Source of the DNA: Sulfurimonas sp.
GTDB taxonomy: Bacteria; Campylobacterota; Campylobacteria; Campylobacterales; Sulfurimonadaceae
Reading direction: 5' to 3'
DNA: 64,000 nt
Assembly: GCA_026988315.1 (NCBI GenBank)
Contig: JALSLJ010000008.1
Location: 2,419 to 66,418, forward strand
Position numbers and translations under genes: made by a program. Each line of letters begins with the position of its first letter. Positions within the stretch are counted from its first letter, which is position 1. A model generated the notes under the pieces. The model saw only the letters and a program-made list of their open reading frames with translations, was not told where the DNA came from and did not search any database. Shown here piece after piece: positions 9,821 to 20,105 of this stretch.

Positions 9821-11212
9821 ATGCCTAGTAAAAGAAACACTTATGGATCAAAAAAAATACTAGTTTTAATGTTAACGGCACTATTACTAAATGCTTCAGA
9901 TGAAGCACTAACACTAGATAAGGCTTTAGATATTTTAAAGTCTCAAAACCTTGAGATTAAAGCATCTTCTTTAGAGATTGAAGCTACTAAAGCAGAACTA
10001 GAGACGGTTTCAGGGATGAAATGGGGTAAGTTAGACTTTATTCAAGATTTTGCAAATTCGGATGATGCTGGAAATGTATTTGGATTTAAACTAACATCCA
10101 GAGAAGCTACTTTTGGTGATTTTGGAGCCTTAGAATTTATGTCAAGCCAAACAGCTACTGGTTTTCCAAATAGTGCTTATACAACTCCACCTCAAGATTT
10201 AAACTATCCTGATGCCAGAAACTTTTTTCAAACAAAACTAAAGTATGAACTGCCAATATTTACTGGTTTTCAAATAAGCAGCTATACTAATATTATGAAA
10301 TCTATGACTAAGATGAAAAACCTTGAACATAAGCAAGTTATAGATGAAAAAATTTATCAAATCAGAAAAAGCTTTTACGATATGGCTCTTCTTCGTGAAT
10401 CAACTAAGCACTTACATATAATTTTAGCGAATATAGATACTTTAGAGAAGATGACACAAGAGATGATTGCAGTTGGTTATGCCAAAAAAGTTGACCTTTT
10501 AGAAGTGCAAGCTAAAAAAGGCAATGTTTATAGACTTCTTTCTCAAATGGAATCTAACCAAAAACTACTTTATCATTACATTAGTTTTTTACTCAATACA
10601 AATGTAACAAATATAGACACACCATTTGACACTATGGAATTACCGATAATTACTAACGATGATGTCTTGCACAGCAACTTAGATATTCAAAAAGCTTCAA
10701 CTGGCTTAGAAATTAGAAAAAACATGGTAGATGTCAGTGAAGCATCTTACTATCCAATGATTGGTGCTTTTGCAGAGATTGCAACTGCAGATAATTCATT
10801 TTTAGGGGATGCGAGTGATCATATGGCATATACAGTTGGTGCTAGGCTAACATGGAATATTTTTAATGGTGGCATAGATAGTGCAAAGGTTGAAAAATCT
10901 CGCATAGATTATCTTAAAACTCAAACGCAAGTGCAACTAGCAAAAAAAGGGATAGCACTTCAGGTTGATAAAATTAGAACAGAGATACAAAGCCTTGATG
11001 TAGAGATAGAATCATTAGAAAAAGAGTTGGCACTTGCAAATGAGATATATGCTAATTACGAGGGAAGATATAGAGAAAAACTATCCTCTATGAGTGATGT
11101 AATCATAAAACAATCAGAACAAATTCAAAAAATACTGCAACTACAGATGGTAAAAAACAAACGAAATGAAAGAATTTTCGCACTAGAAAAACTAGCAAAT
11201 GGAGGAAAATAA
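9821..11212 (+). CDS. TolC-family outer membrane efflux protein
   Basis: Two OEP-like repeats (YELPIFTGF; LTWNIFNGG); GGAGG RBS; first gene of efflux operon. Confidence 0.9.
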   Translation: MPSKRNTYGSKKILVLMLTALLLNASDEALTLDKALDILKSQNLEIKASSLEIEATKAELETVSGMKWGKLDFIQDFANSDDAGNVFGFKLTSREATFGDFGALEFMSSQTATGFPNSAYTTPPQDLNYPDARNFFQTKLKYELPIFTGFQISSYTNIMKSMTKMKNLEHKQVIDEKIYQIRKSFYDMALLRESTKHLHIILANIDTLEKMTQEMIAVGYAKKVDLLEVQAKKGNVYRLLSQMESNQKLLYHYISFLLNTNVTNIDTPFDTMELPIITNDDVLHSNLDIQKASTGLEIRKNMVDVSEASYYPMIGAFAEIATADNSFLGDASDHMAYTVGARLTWNIFNGGIDSAKVEKSRIDYLKTQTQVQLAKKGIALQVDKIRTEIQSLDVEIESLEKELALANEIYANYEGRYREKLSSMSDVIIKQSEQIQKILQLQMVKNKRNERIFALEKLANGGK

Positions 11213-12000
11213 TGAGAAAACTTTTAATACTTATAGCACTAGGGGCTTCACTAATAGCAGAGACACTTACACTCTCAGGAAGTGTAATTTCAGACAACCA
11301 AAAAATGATTACAAGTCGTTTTATGGGTTTTGTAACGGATGTTAAAGTGTCCGAAGGTGATTTTGTAAAAAAAGATCAACTTCTATATACTATAGACTCA
11401 AAAGAGATAGACTCAGCAATGACACAGGTTAGACTTGGAATATCACAAGCACAACTCTCTCTTCAAATGTATCAAAACCAATATACAAATGTAAAACTAA
11501 ATCTTGAACGCCACAAAAGACTTTTAGAAAAAGATATGGTTTCAAAATTTGAGGTTGAAAACTTAGCACTTGCTGAACAAAACTTAGCAAATATGATAAT
11601 TATCGCTACAAAACAAGTAAAGCAAGCTGAGGCACAATTAGCAGAGGTAAAAAATCAATATAAATACTTAAATATTAAAGCTCCAAACAATGGTGTTATT
11701 GTTGCGAAAAATATTAAAGTTGGGGAGATGGCTATGCCTGGGATGCCAGCTATTGTTTTATCTGACTTAAGTAGTTTAAAAATATCAGCAGAGATAGCTG
11801 AGAGCAATTTAGGGATGATAGAACATGGCAAAAGAGTAACAGTTAATATACCATCATTAAAGTTAAAATCAATCGGAAAAATTACAGCTATCATACCAAA
11901 CTCAAACCCAATGACACATACTTTTAAAATCAAAGTTTCATTTAAAACTCAAAGTAAATCGGTATATCCTGGTATGTATGCCACGATAAACATCGACTAA
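11212..12000 (+). CDS. RND efflux periplasmic adaptor (membrane fusion protein)
   Basis: Lipoyl-like halves (GFVTDVKVSEGDFVKK; IKAPNNGVIV), helical hairpin, beta-barrel. Confidence 0.9.
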   Translation: MRKLLILIALGASLIAETLTLSGSVISDNQKMITSRFMGFVTDVKVSEGDFVKKDQLLYTIDSKEIDSAMTQVRLGISQAQLSLQMYQNQYTNVKLNLERHKRLLEKDMVSKFEVENLALAEQNLANMIIIATKQVKQAEAQLAEVKNQYKYLNIKAPNNGVIVAKNIKVGEMAMPGMPAIVLSDLSSLKISAEIAESNLGMIEHGKRVTVNIPSLKLKSIGKITAIIPNSNPMTHTFKIKVSFKTQSKSVYPGMYATINID

Positions 12001-12009
12001 GGCGATATA

Positions 12010-13602
12010 ATGAATCACACAAAACCTTATGAGCCAAAAGATATCGCTGGTAAGTTAGCAAAAGCTTTTTTACGCAATCCACTTACAGTAGTGCTTGGTA
12101 TATTCTTGCTAGTTATTGGTTATTTATCTCTAATTATTATGCCTCGAGAAGAGAATCCACAAATGGTAGTCAGTGGATCAACTGTTATTGTAGCACTCCC
12201 TGGTGCTAGTGCAGAGGAGATACAAAAAGTAATTGTAAAGCCACTAGAGAGAAAGCTCAAAGAGATAAAGGGAGTTGAGCATATTTATGGGATGGCTATG
12301 GATAATGTCGGAATTGTCAATGCAGCATTTTTTATAGGGGAAGAAAAAGCAGATTCTAATCTAAAAGTATATGATAAAATAATGCAAAACTCCGATATCT
12401 TTCCAAAAGGTGCTATGAATCCCATTATTAAACCACTTGACATTGATATTGACATCCCTATAGTAAGCATTGCATTTTTCTCAAATGATAAAAATATGAG
12501 CAATACAGAACTTTATGATAAAGTAAAAGATATTCAACATCAAATTAATGGGCTTGACAATGTTGCTGTAACAGAGATAAAAGGTGGGAATAAACATCAG
12601 TTTAATATAGAAGTGGATCTACACAAGCTTTCTGGCTATAACCTTTCAATGGGTCAGATTGTTCAAGCTGTTCAAGCACTTTCATATGATGTTCCAGCTG
12701 TAAAAAATAGAACGAGAGATAACCAAATAGTTATGGTAGGTGTAAAAAATGCAATAGAAAGTTCTAAAGATATAGGCAATATAATAGTTGCTGAATATAT
12801 GGGGTCACCAATCTACTTAAACCAAGTAGCAAAAGTAGAAAAATCTTACGATATTCAAAACTTTAAATCTGTCTCCATAAGTGTTAATGATGGAGAAGGT
12901 AACTTTTCACCTTTACAAGAACAAGTAACTTTAACAGTTTCAAAACTTCAAGGTACAAATGCAGTTGTGATTGCAAATGAGGTGAAAGATGAGTTACAGC
13001 TTTATAAATCAGCACTTGCAAAAGATGGAATCAGCTATGTAATTACAAGAAATGATGGTGAAAGAGCAAATGAGGCTGTCAACGAACTTGTTTTCCATCT
13101 TGTGTTGTCTATAGTTATTATTGCTATTTTACTTGTTCTCGTCCTTGGATGGAGAGAATCTTTGATAGTTACATTTACAGTACCTGCTATCTTAGCTATA
13201 ACCCTCTTTGTAGCGTATCTCACAGACCAAACAATAAATAGAATTACTTTATTTGCTTTTTTACTCTCGCTAGGTCTTTTAGTGGATGCCGCTATTATTG
13301 TTATCGAAAATATCCACAGACACTATCACTCTATAGAATCTGACCATGAAGATGTAGATGACTTAATGATAAAAGCAACTGACGAGATAGGACCACCAAC
13401 AAATATAGCAACCCTTGCAATTATTATGACAATGGTTCCAATGGCATTTGTTGGTCAAATGATGGGTCAGTTTATGCAACCTATCCCCGCGAATGTTCCT
13501 GTTGCACTAATAGCTTCACTATTTGTAGCGTATATATTTACGCCATATTTAGCTGTAAGAATGCTAAAAAAACCTGATCACCACAATAAAGGAGGTAAAT
13601 AA
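12010..13602 (+). CDS. RND (AcrB/CusA-like) permease, N-terminal half
   Basis: MPREENPQ, periplasmic domain, TM2-6 with GLLVDAAIIVIENIHRH. Confidence 0.9.
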   Translation: MNHTKPYEPKDIAGKLAKAFLRNPLTVVLGIFLLVIGYLSLIIMPREENPQMVVSGSTVIVALPGASAEEIQKVIVKPLERKLKEIKGVEHIYGMAMDNVGIVNAAFFIGEEKADSNLKVYDKIMQNSDIFPKGAMNPIIKPLDIDIDIPIVSIAFFSNDKNMSNTELYDKVKDIQHQINGLDNVAVTEIKGGNKHQFNIEVDLHKLSGYNLSMGQIVQAVQALSYDVPAVKNRTRDNQIVMVGVKNAIESSKDIGNIIVAEYMGSPIYLNQVAKVEKSYDIQNFKSVSISVNDGEGNFSPLQEQVTLTVSKLQGTNAVVIANEVKDELQLYKSALAKDGISYVITRNDGERANEAVNELVFHLVLSIVIIAILLVLVLGWRESLIVTFTVPAILAITLFVAYLTDQTINRITLFAFLLSLGLLVDAAIIVIENIHRHYHSIESDHEDVDDLMIKATDEIGPPTNIATLAIIMTMVPMAFVGQMMGQFMQPIPANVPVALIASLFVAYIFTPYLAVRMLKKPDHHNKGGK

Positions 13603-15314
13603 TGCTACAAAAAATTGAAAACATTATCTTAAACACAATACAAAGCAAACTCAAAAGAAACCTTGTACTTTTATTGACTCTTGTAGCTTTTATTTTATCT
13701 GTATTGATGATTGCTCCAACTACAATGGTACTTGCAAAAATGCTTCCTGGAAAAAACAATGATACATTTACAATATATACAACCCTTGCAAATGGTAGTT
13801 CAATTGAGCAAACAAATAGAGTAACTAATTGTGTTGTTGGATTTTTACAAAAAGAGAAAGAGATCCTAGATATAGAAGTATTTTTAGGTATGGGTGCCCC
13901 TCTTGATTTTGCAGGGCTTATTAAGGGTTCAGCCTTTAAAAATGCTGAGAATGTTGCAGAGATAGTTGTGAACCTTACAAAAAAACATGATAGAAGTGAA
14001 CCATCATATTTTATGGTTCAAAGATTAAGACCAGCTATTACTGAGAATTGTTCTGCTATTACTCCAAACACTGTTATCTCCTTTGTTGAACCTCCTGCTG
14101 GACCTCCTGTTTTAGCTGCAATCGTTGCTGAAATTTATGGTAGCGATGCAAATGGAATTAGAGAACTAGCAAATAGAGTTTCTGATGTGTTTAAAAGTAC
14201 AGATGGTTTAGTAGATGTTGATATTATGCAAGATGATATTTATGATACTTATGAAATAGTAGTCAACAGCACAAAAGTATCCCGCTCTGGTGTTTCCATC
14301 AAACAACTCAAAGATATACTTTACTTGGCTTTTGAGGGGATGCAGATAGCTGTTAAAAACTCTGATGTTTATGATGATCAGGTTCCTATCTATCTTTCAC
14401 TTAGTAAAGAAAGTAAAAAGTTTACAAACAAAGATATTCGCGCAGTGGAGATGAAGCTCTCATCTCTAAAGCTGATGAATAAAATGGGTATGATGATACC
14501 AATTACTGAACTAGTAACAATCCATGCTAAAAAATCAAATCCTATGATTATGAGTAAAAATCTTGCTCAAATGACCAATGTAGTCGCAGAGACCGATATG
14601 GTATCTCAAGTATATCCACTCATGGATGCTAGAAATGTTATCTTAGACACATTTACTGATACATATGAGATAGAAAAAATCGGGATATACAACCTGCAAC
14701 TTACAGATAAGAGAACTGGAGAAATTTATAAACTCATTTGGGATGGAGAGATGGAAGTAACACTTGATACCTTTGTTGAACTTGGTGGTGCATTTATCGC
14801 AGCACTAGTTCTTATCTTTTTACTAATGGTCATTTACTATAAAAGCTATACACTCAGTGGCATTATTCTCTTAGGTTCTTTTCTCTCAATAATAGGAGTT
14901 ATTATAGGGCATTGGATCATGGATATCTTTACAACAGATACATTCTTCCTCACAGCTACTTCTTTAATTGGATTTATCGCTCTTATTGGTATTAGCTCTA
15001 GAAACTCTCTTCTTCTTATTGATTTTACGAAGTCACTCATGGGTGAAAAAGGGATGCACAAAGCAGAAGCTATCGCTTACGCTACTGCAACACGGGCTAA
15101 ACCGATTTTTCTTACTGCTGCTGCAATTATACTTGCCTCTTCTCTTTTAGCTGGAGATGCAGTATTTGGCGGACTTGGTGTCGCTTTAATGTTTGGAACA
15201 ATAGCAGCTGTTATTGCCTCATTAGTAGTAGTACCTGTACTTTTATACAATGCAGATTTAGAGCGTCATTTCAACTTTCATGATAAAAAATCTGTATCTG
15301 TTTACGAACCGTAA
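13602..15314 (+). CDS. RND (AcrB/CusA-like) permease, C-terminal half
   Basis: TM7, periplasmic domain, GFIALIGISSRNSLLLIDF, TRAKPIFLT; own RBS AAGGAGG and TAATG coupling. Confidence 0.9.
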   Translation: MLQKIENIILNTIQSKLKRNLVLLLTLVAFILSVLMIAPTTMVLAKMLPGKNNDTFTIYTTLANGSSIEQTNRVTNCVVGFLQKEKEILDIEVFLGMGAPLDFAGLIKGSAFKNAENVAEIVVNLTKKHDRSEPSYFMVQRLRPAITENCSAITPNTVISFVEPPAGPPVLAAIVAEIYGSDANGIRELANRVSDVFKSTDGLVDVDIMQDDIYDTYEIVVNSTKVSRSGVSIKQLKDILYLAFEGMQIAVKNSDVYDDQVPIYLSLSKESKKFTNKDIRAVEMKLSSLKLMNKMGMMIPITELVTIHAKKSNPMIMSKNLAQMTNVVAETDMVSQVYPLMDARNVILDTFTDTYEIEKIGIYNLQLTDKRTGEIYKLIWDGEMEVTLDTFVELGGAFIAALVLIFLLMVIYYKSYTLSGIILLGSFLSIIGVIIGHWIMDIFTTDTFFLTATSLIGFIALIGISSRNSLLLIDFTKSLMGEKGMHKAEAIAYATATRAKPIFLTAAAIILASSLLAGDAVFGGLGVALMFGTIAAVIASLVVVPVLLYNADLERHFNFHDKKSVSVYEP

Positions 15315-15348
15315 AACTAAACTATTTGGTTTGGTTGAAGGAGAAGAG

Positions 15349-15374
15349 ATAGACCTCTTTTACAAGAGGTCTAT
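15349..15374. terminator. Hairpin between convergent genes (putative bidirectional terminator)
   Basis: ATAGACCTCTT-TTAC-AAGAGGTCTAT, 11-bp perfect stem. Confidence 0.7.
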
Positions 15375-15384
15375 TACGAAAAGA

Positions 15385-16998
15385 CTATAGGTGAGCGTAA
15401 TTAACGCTGAGACAAGCTTCAAGAGTTTTGAGTTCATTAAGTACAGCATCATTAACAATATCATCCACTAAAATAACCGCTAATGCCTGAGAGTCAGCAT
15501 TTCTAGCTAATGAAAAGTCAGAAATATTTACACTATTGTTAGCAAGGATAGATCCAATACTCCCAATAACACCTGGAACATCACTATTTTTAAATAAAAT
15601 CATATCACCTTTTAATACCACTTCAATATCAAAACCATCAATAGCAACAATGCGTTGAATATTATCATCAAAGATAGTAGCACTTATTATAGTTGTACCC
15701 TCAGCAGTAGTAAGCTTAATAGTAATTAAATTTTTATATACAGATGACTCATTAAGAGATTCTGATTCTATCTTAATCCCTTTTTCTTTTGCAACAAACT
15801 CTGCATTAACATAATTTATAGTATCGCCACTATTGTGACTCATAGCTCCAACAGCAACGAAAGTAGAAAGAGATTCAACATAATTAGAAATCTCGCCCTG
15901 TCCACTTACTTTAATTGCAATGATTTGAGATTTATTCATCTGCGATGCTAAGAAACCAATTTTTTGTCCCATTTGTAAAAATGGTTTTACAAAGGCTGGG
16001 ATAGAGCTCTCATCTATTGGCAAGTTCATAGCGTGGGCAAATGAGATGCCTTTAGCAGCTTCAATAGCATTTTGTGCTGCTTGAGTTCCAATATTATACT
16101 GAGACTCAAATGTATTGGCACCTAAGTGAGGTGAAACACAGATATTATCAAGCTCTAATAATGGATGATCTATTGCTGGTTCCTTATTAAAAACATCTAT
16201 TCCTGCAAAACGGATTTTTCCAGATTTTAAATTATTATAAAGTGCTTCTTCATTATAAAGGCCACCACGAGCACAGTTGATTACAACCACACCATCTTTC
16301 ATTTGAGCAAATTCAGCTTCATCAATCATATTGAATGTTTCTTGATTTTTTGGAGTGTGTATTGTGATAATATCACAAGCTAAAATATCTGCAAAATCTT
16401 TCGTATAAGTCATATCTAAATCTGTAACTTTAGATGGCTGGATGTAAGGATCATATGCAATAATATCCATTTCAAAAGATGCAGCACGCTTAGCTACGCG
16501 TGAACCTATGTTACCAAAACCGATAACACCAAGTTTTTTACCCTTCATCTCATGCCCATACCACTTCTCTCTTTTCCAAACTCTCTCGTTTTTAAGATGG
16601 TTATGTGAATATGGAAACATTCTCATACATGAAAGCATATGTGTCATTGTAAGTTCTACTGCTGCGATAGTATTAGCGGTTGGAACATTCATAACAATGA
16701 TACCCTCTTTTGAACATCCTGGGATGTCAACATTATCCACACCAACACCAGCACGGACAATCGCCTTCATGTTTTTAGCTGCTTTAATAAACTTATCATC
16801 TATATCAGTGGAACTTCTAGTTATTGCAACATCAGCATCTGCAATAATATCTAAAAGCTTTACCTTATCTTCATTAGCAGCCATAATAAAGTTTATATCT
16901 TTATCATTACGAAGCATCTCTAATCCAGCTTCATGGATATGGTCACAAACTACTACAGTATATTTTTTTACCCCTAGGGTATTTGTTTCACGGCTCAT
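15385..16998 (-). CDS. serA: D-3-phosphoglycerate dehydrogenase (long form with ACT domain)
   Basis: RAGVGVDNVD, GVIGFGNIG, NCARGG, SPHLGANT, C-terminal DVPGVIG ACT domain. Confidence 0.97.
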   Translation of the reverse strand: MSRETNTLGVKKYTVVVCDHIHEAGLEMLRNDKDINFIMAANEDKVKLLDIIADADVAITRSSTDIDDKFIKAAKNMKAIVRAGVGVDNVDIPGCSKEGIIVMNVPTANTIAAVELTMTHMLSCMRMFPYSHNHLKNERVWKREKWYGHEMKGKKLGVIGFGNIGSRVAKRAASFEMDIIAYDPYIQPSKVTDLDMTYTKDFADILACDIITIHTPKNQETFNMIDEAEFAQMKDGVVVINCARGGLYNEEALYNNLKSGKIRFAGIDVFNKEPAIDHPLLELDNICVSPHLGANTFESQYNIGTQAAQNAIEAAKGISFAHAMNLPIDESSIPAFVKPFLQMGQKIGFLASQMNKSQIIAIKVSGQGEISNYVESLSTFVAVGAMSHNSGDTINYVNAEFVAKEKGIKIESESLNESSVYKNLITIKLTTAEGTTIISATIFDDNIQRIVAIDGFDIEVVLKGDMILFKNSDVPGVIGSIGSILANNSVNISDFSLARNADSQALAVILVDDIVNDAVLNELKTLEACLSVNYAHL

Positions 16999-17477
16999 TA
17001 CACTTCCTCTTTATACGGCTTAATAGTTGCCGAAATTTGATAATTTTTTAAAACTTTAACGAGAGAGTTTAGCTTGTTTACACTCTTAGAAAAAACAAAT
17101 AACTCTACACCGTTTTTATCTTTTTTAAGAGAATATCTAAACTTATGTTGCTTTAATTCTTCTTTTAGGCAAAATAGTTGATATGGATCTAAAAAAGAGG
17201 CTGATAACTTATATAATGTATCAGTAGAAATTGTCTCAATTAAATCTACATTTACATAGATTTCATTAACAGGATAAAAATATCCTAATCTCTCTGTCTT
17301 GGAAAAATGGTTCAGCCAAATCTTCTTTGGCTTATCTTGAACTATTTCACTCTTATAGGTCAAGGGTTCCATCTCAACAAACTCCTCTGAGGAGTTTATT
17401 GAAATCAAAAAAAGGACAATAAAAATGGCAACACCCAGTGTTAAGACTGGTGTAAACCACTTTAAAACCTTTTGCAT
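16998..17477 (-). CDS. Hypothetical membrane-anchored protein
   Basis: N-terminal TM helix; sits between rpsA and serA as in other Campylobacterota. Confidence 0.75.
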   Translation of the reverse strand: MQKVLKWFTPVLTLGVAIFIVLFLISINSSEEFVEMEPLTYKSEIVQDKPKKIWLNHFSKTERLGYFYPVNEIYVNVDLIETISTDTLYKLSASFLDPYQLFCLKEELKQHKFRYSLKKDKNGVELFVFSKSVNKLNSLVKVLKNYQISATIKPYKEEV

Positions 17478-17482
17478 TATGG

Positions 17483-19141
17483 TTACTTGAATTTATCTTT
17501 TATCAAGTCACCTAGAGAATGTGATTGAGTATCATTAATCTCTTCAAGTAATGCTTGATTTTTGATATAGTCTAACTTTTTCACAGAAAGACGGATACGA
17601 TCACGACGAGTATCGATAACTGCTATTGCAGCTTCAATCTCTTGTCCAACTTCTAACTCTTCTTTTACAAGTGGAGACAAATCTTCATCACGAATCAGTG
17701 CATCAACACCATCGTTTAACGATACAAAAACACCAAAATCTTTAATGTCACGGATAGTCCCTTTTACAACGGAATTTACTTTATTTTCAGTAGCAAATTT
17801 ATCTATCGGGCTTTCTAAAAGAGTTTTACGATTTAAAGATATTTTTTGATCTTCAGAGTTAATCTTAGCAATTTTAACTTCCACCTCTTCACCAGATTTC
17901 AGAACATCCTTACATTTTGTATTTTTATCCCAAGAGATATCTTGATTATGCAATAAGCCCTCAACACCATCAATACGAACAAAAGCACCAAAATCAGTTA
18001 AAGATGTAACTGTACCAGTTACAATATCACCCTCATTATATTTTTTCAAAAACTCATCAAAAGGTTTTGGTAAAAGTCTTTTGAGTGAAACACGCAGCTT
18101 GTGAGTATTTGGATTAATTTCGATAACTTCAACATCAATCTCTTCACCAACAGTTAAATAATCGTTAGGATTTTTAACATTTTTATTCCAAGTAATTTCT
18201 GAAATATGTAAGAAACCTTCTATATCATTTCCTAAATCAACAAATACACCATAAGCTTCAATATTTGAAACAGTTACAGTAATAGTGTCACCCTCATCCA
18301 ATTCACTCTCAACTTCTGCCCATGGATCTGGAAGAACAGCTTTTATAGATAAAGAGAGATGTCTTTTATCTTTGTCATAAGAGATAGCCTTAACTGTTAC
18401 AACATCACCCTCTTTATAAAGTTTAGATGGATTAACAGGACCTTTATAGCTAATTTCATTATAATGGACTAAACCATCTACCCCACCAACATCTACAAAC
18501 ATACCGTAGCTAGTAATCTTTTTTATAGTACCTTCAACGATAGTATCTTCTTCCATCAGCTTGTCAATAATCTCTTTTTTTTTCTTACGCTCTTCATTAA
18601 ATAATTTACGACGAGAAACAACAATAGAGTTTTCAACTGGATCAATTTTAACAACTTGAGCCTTAATCTTACGACCTACTACATCATCACTATCTTTAAA
18701 CGCTGCTAAAGAACGAGGCATAAAGAAAGAAACATCATCAGCTTCAACGACATATCCACCACGATTTTTCTTAGTAATAATACCTTCAATAATCACATCT
18801 TCAAAGTTTTCTTTATTTGCATCAATAAAGTCAATAGTTTTTTGTTGCTCTAAAACCTTTTTGTAAGATATTTTAGGACGCTCATTATAGTATCCCATTA
18901 CCATTACTTTAATTTTATCACCTGTGGCAAACATTAGTTCTCCGTTTTCACCACGGATCTCATCAAGATATATAATACCTTCTAACTTATCACCAACACC
19001 AACTAATGCTCTATTTTCATCCTCTTGGATCTCAACAATTTCACCCTCTACGATGCGACTTGTTTCTTGCTTTTTTTCACTTGCAGCAAACATCTCTGCA
19101 AAATTTTCTTCTTCTTCAAATGATTCGTTATCGAACGCCAT
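17483..19141 (-). CDS. rpsA: 30S ribosomal protein S1
   Basis: Repeated S1 domains (YGMFVDVGGVDGLVH, FGAFVRIDGVEGLLH). Confidence 0.98.
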   Translation of the reverse strand: MAFDNESFEEEENFAEMFAASEKKQETSRIVEGEIVEIQEDENRALVGVGDKLEGIIYLDEIRGENGELMFATGDKIKVMVMGYYNERPKISYKKVLEQQKTIDFIDANKENFEDVIIEGIITKKNRGGYVVEADDVSFFMPRSLAAFKDSDDVVGRKIKAQVVKIDPVENSIVVSRRKLFNEERKKKKEIIDKLMEEDTIVEGTIKKITSYGMFVDVGGVDGLVHYNEISYKGPVNPSKLYKEGDVVTVKAISYDKDKRHLSLSIKAVLPDPWAEVESELDEGDTITVTVSNIEAYGVFVDLGNDIEGFLHISEITWNKNVKNPNDYLTVGEEIDVEVIEINPNTHKLRVSLKRLLPKPFDEFLKKYNEGDIVTGTVTSLTDFGAFVRIDGVEGLLHNQDISWDKNTKCKDVLKSGEEVEVKIAKINSEDQKISLNRKTLLESPIDKFATENKVNSVVKGTIRDIKDFGVFVSLNDGVDALIRDEDLSPLVKEELEVGQEIEAAIAVIDTRRDRIRLSVKKLDYIKNQALLEEINDTQSHSLGDLIKDKFK

Positions 19142-19253
19142 TACCTATCCTCTTGTTACATAAAAATTGTCGTGATTATATCTAAAGTATGATTATCTAA
19201 ATATTAAACATGAAGTAATTTAAGGATAAAAAGGATAAAAGTCTATAAAGGAG

Positions 19254-20087
19254 TTATTTATTAACATTATCTTCTATGAAATTAACAACATTTTGAATAA
19301 TCCAGTCTGGAGTAGAAGCACCAGCACTCACTCCACAAAATGATTTATCTCTAAACCATTCAATGTTTAAATCTTTTTCATCTTCTATATGATAACTATT
19401 GTGACAATTATCACGAGAAATACTAAAAAGTTGTTTGGTATTTGATGAGTTTTTTCCACCAATAATTATCATAACATCAGCTTTTGTGGAAATTTTTTTA
19501 ACAGCTTCTTGATTCTCAAAAGTTGCATTGCATATGGTATTAAAAACTCTTACCTCTTTGTATCTCGGTATTAGATAATTGGCTATCTCCATATAATCTT
19601 CAACTTTTCTGGTTGTCTGTGCAACTAAGGCAATTTTATCTTTGAGTTTTAAATCTTCTATATCTTTAGTGCTAGTGACAACTCTAGCTCCATAAGTAGC
19701 ATATGACTTTACACCTTTTATCTCTGGATGTGCTTCATCACCAAAAATAATTATGTCGTAACCCTCCTCACTCATCTCTTGACAAATTTGTTGCGGCTTA
19801 GTTACATAGGGGCAGGTCGCATCTACAACTTCTACTTTAGTATCTCGAAGTTCTTGAAGTTCATTTTTCGGTATTCCATGTGTACGGACTATCGCTTTTT
19901 CACCAGCTTTAAAGCTTTTATGATTATCTGTTAAACCAACTTTAAAATCTTTTTCAAGCCTCTCAATCTCTTTGGAATTGTGTATAAGTGCACCATATGT
20001 AGAAGCGTTAACATTCTCTTCTGCTATCTTAATTGCACGCTTAACACCAAAACAAAATCCATAATTTTCAGCAAGTTCTATCTTCAC
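19254..20087 (-). CDS. ispH: 4-hydroxy-3-methylbut-2-enyl diphosphate reductase
   Basis: GFCFGVKRA, DATCPYV, NTICNAT, SSNT, GASTP. Confidence 0.98.
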   Translation of the reverse strand: MKIELAENYGFCFGVKRAIKIAEENVNASTYGALIHNSKEIERLEKDFKVGLTDNHKSFKAGEKAIVRTHGIPKNELQELRDTKVEVVDATCPYVTKPQQICQEMSEEGYDIIIFGDEAHPEIKGVKSYATYGARVVTSTKDIEDLKLKDKIALVAQTTRKVEDYMEIANYLIPRYKEVRVFNTICNATFENQEAVKKISTKADVMIIIGGKNSSNTKQLFSISRDNCHNSYHIEDEKDLNIEWFRDKSFCGVSAGASTPDWIIQNVVNFIEDNVNK

Positions 20088-20105
20088 TATATTTGTCTCT
20101 CTTGT

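Noticed and set aside
13590-13610. RND permease as a frameshifted pseudogene
   Set aside because: The break is at the domain junction with a strong RBS and TAATG coupling, and no slippery tract is present; treated as a natural split
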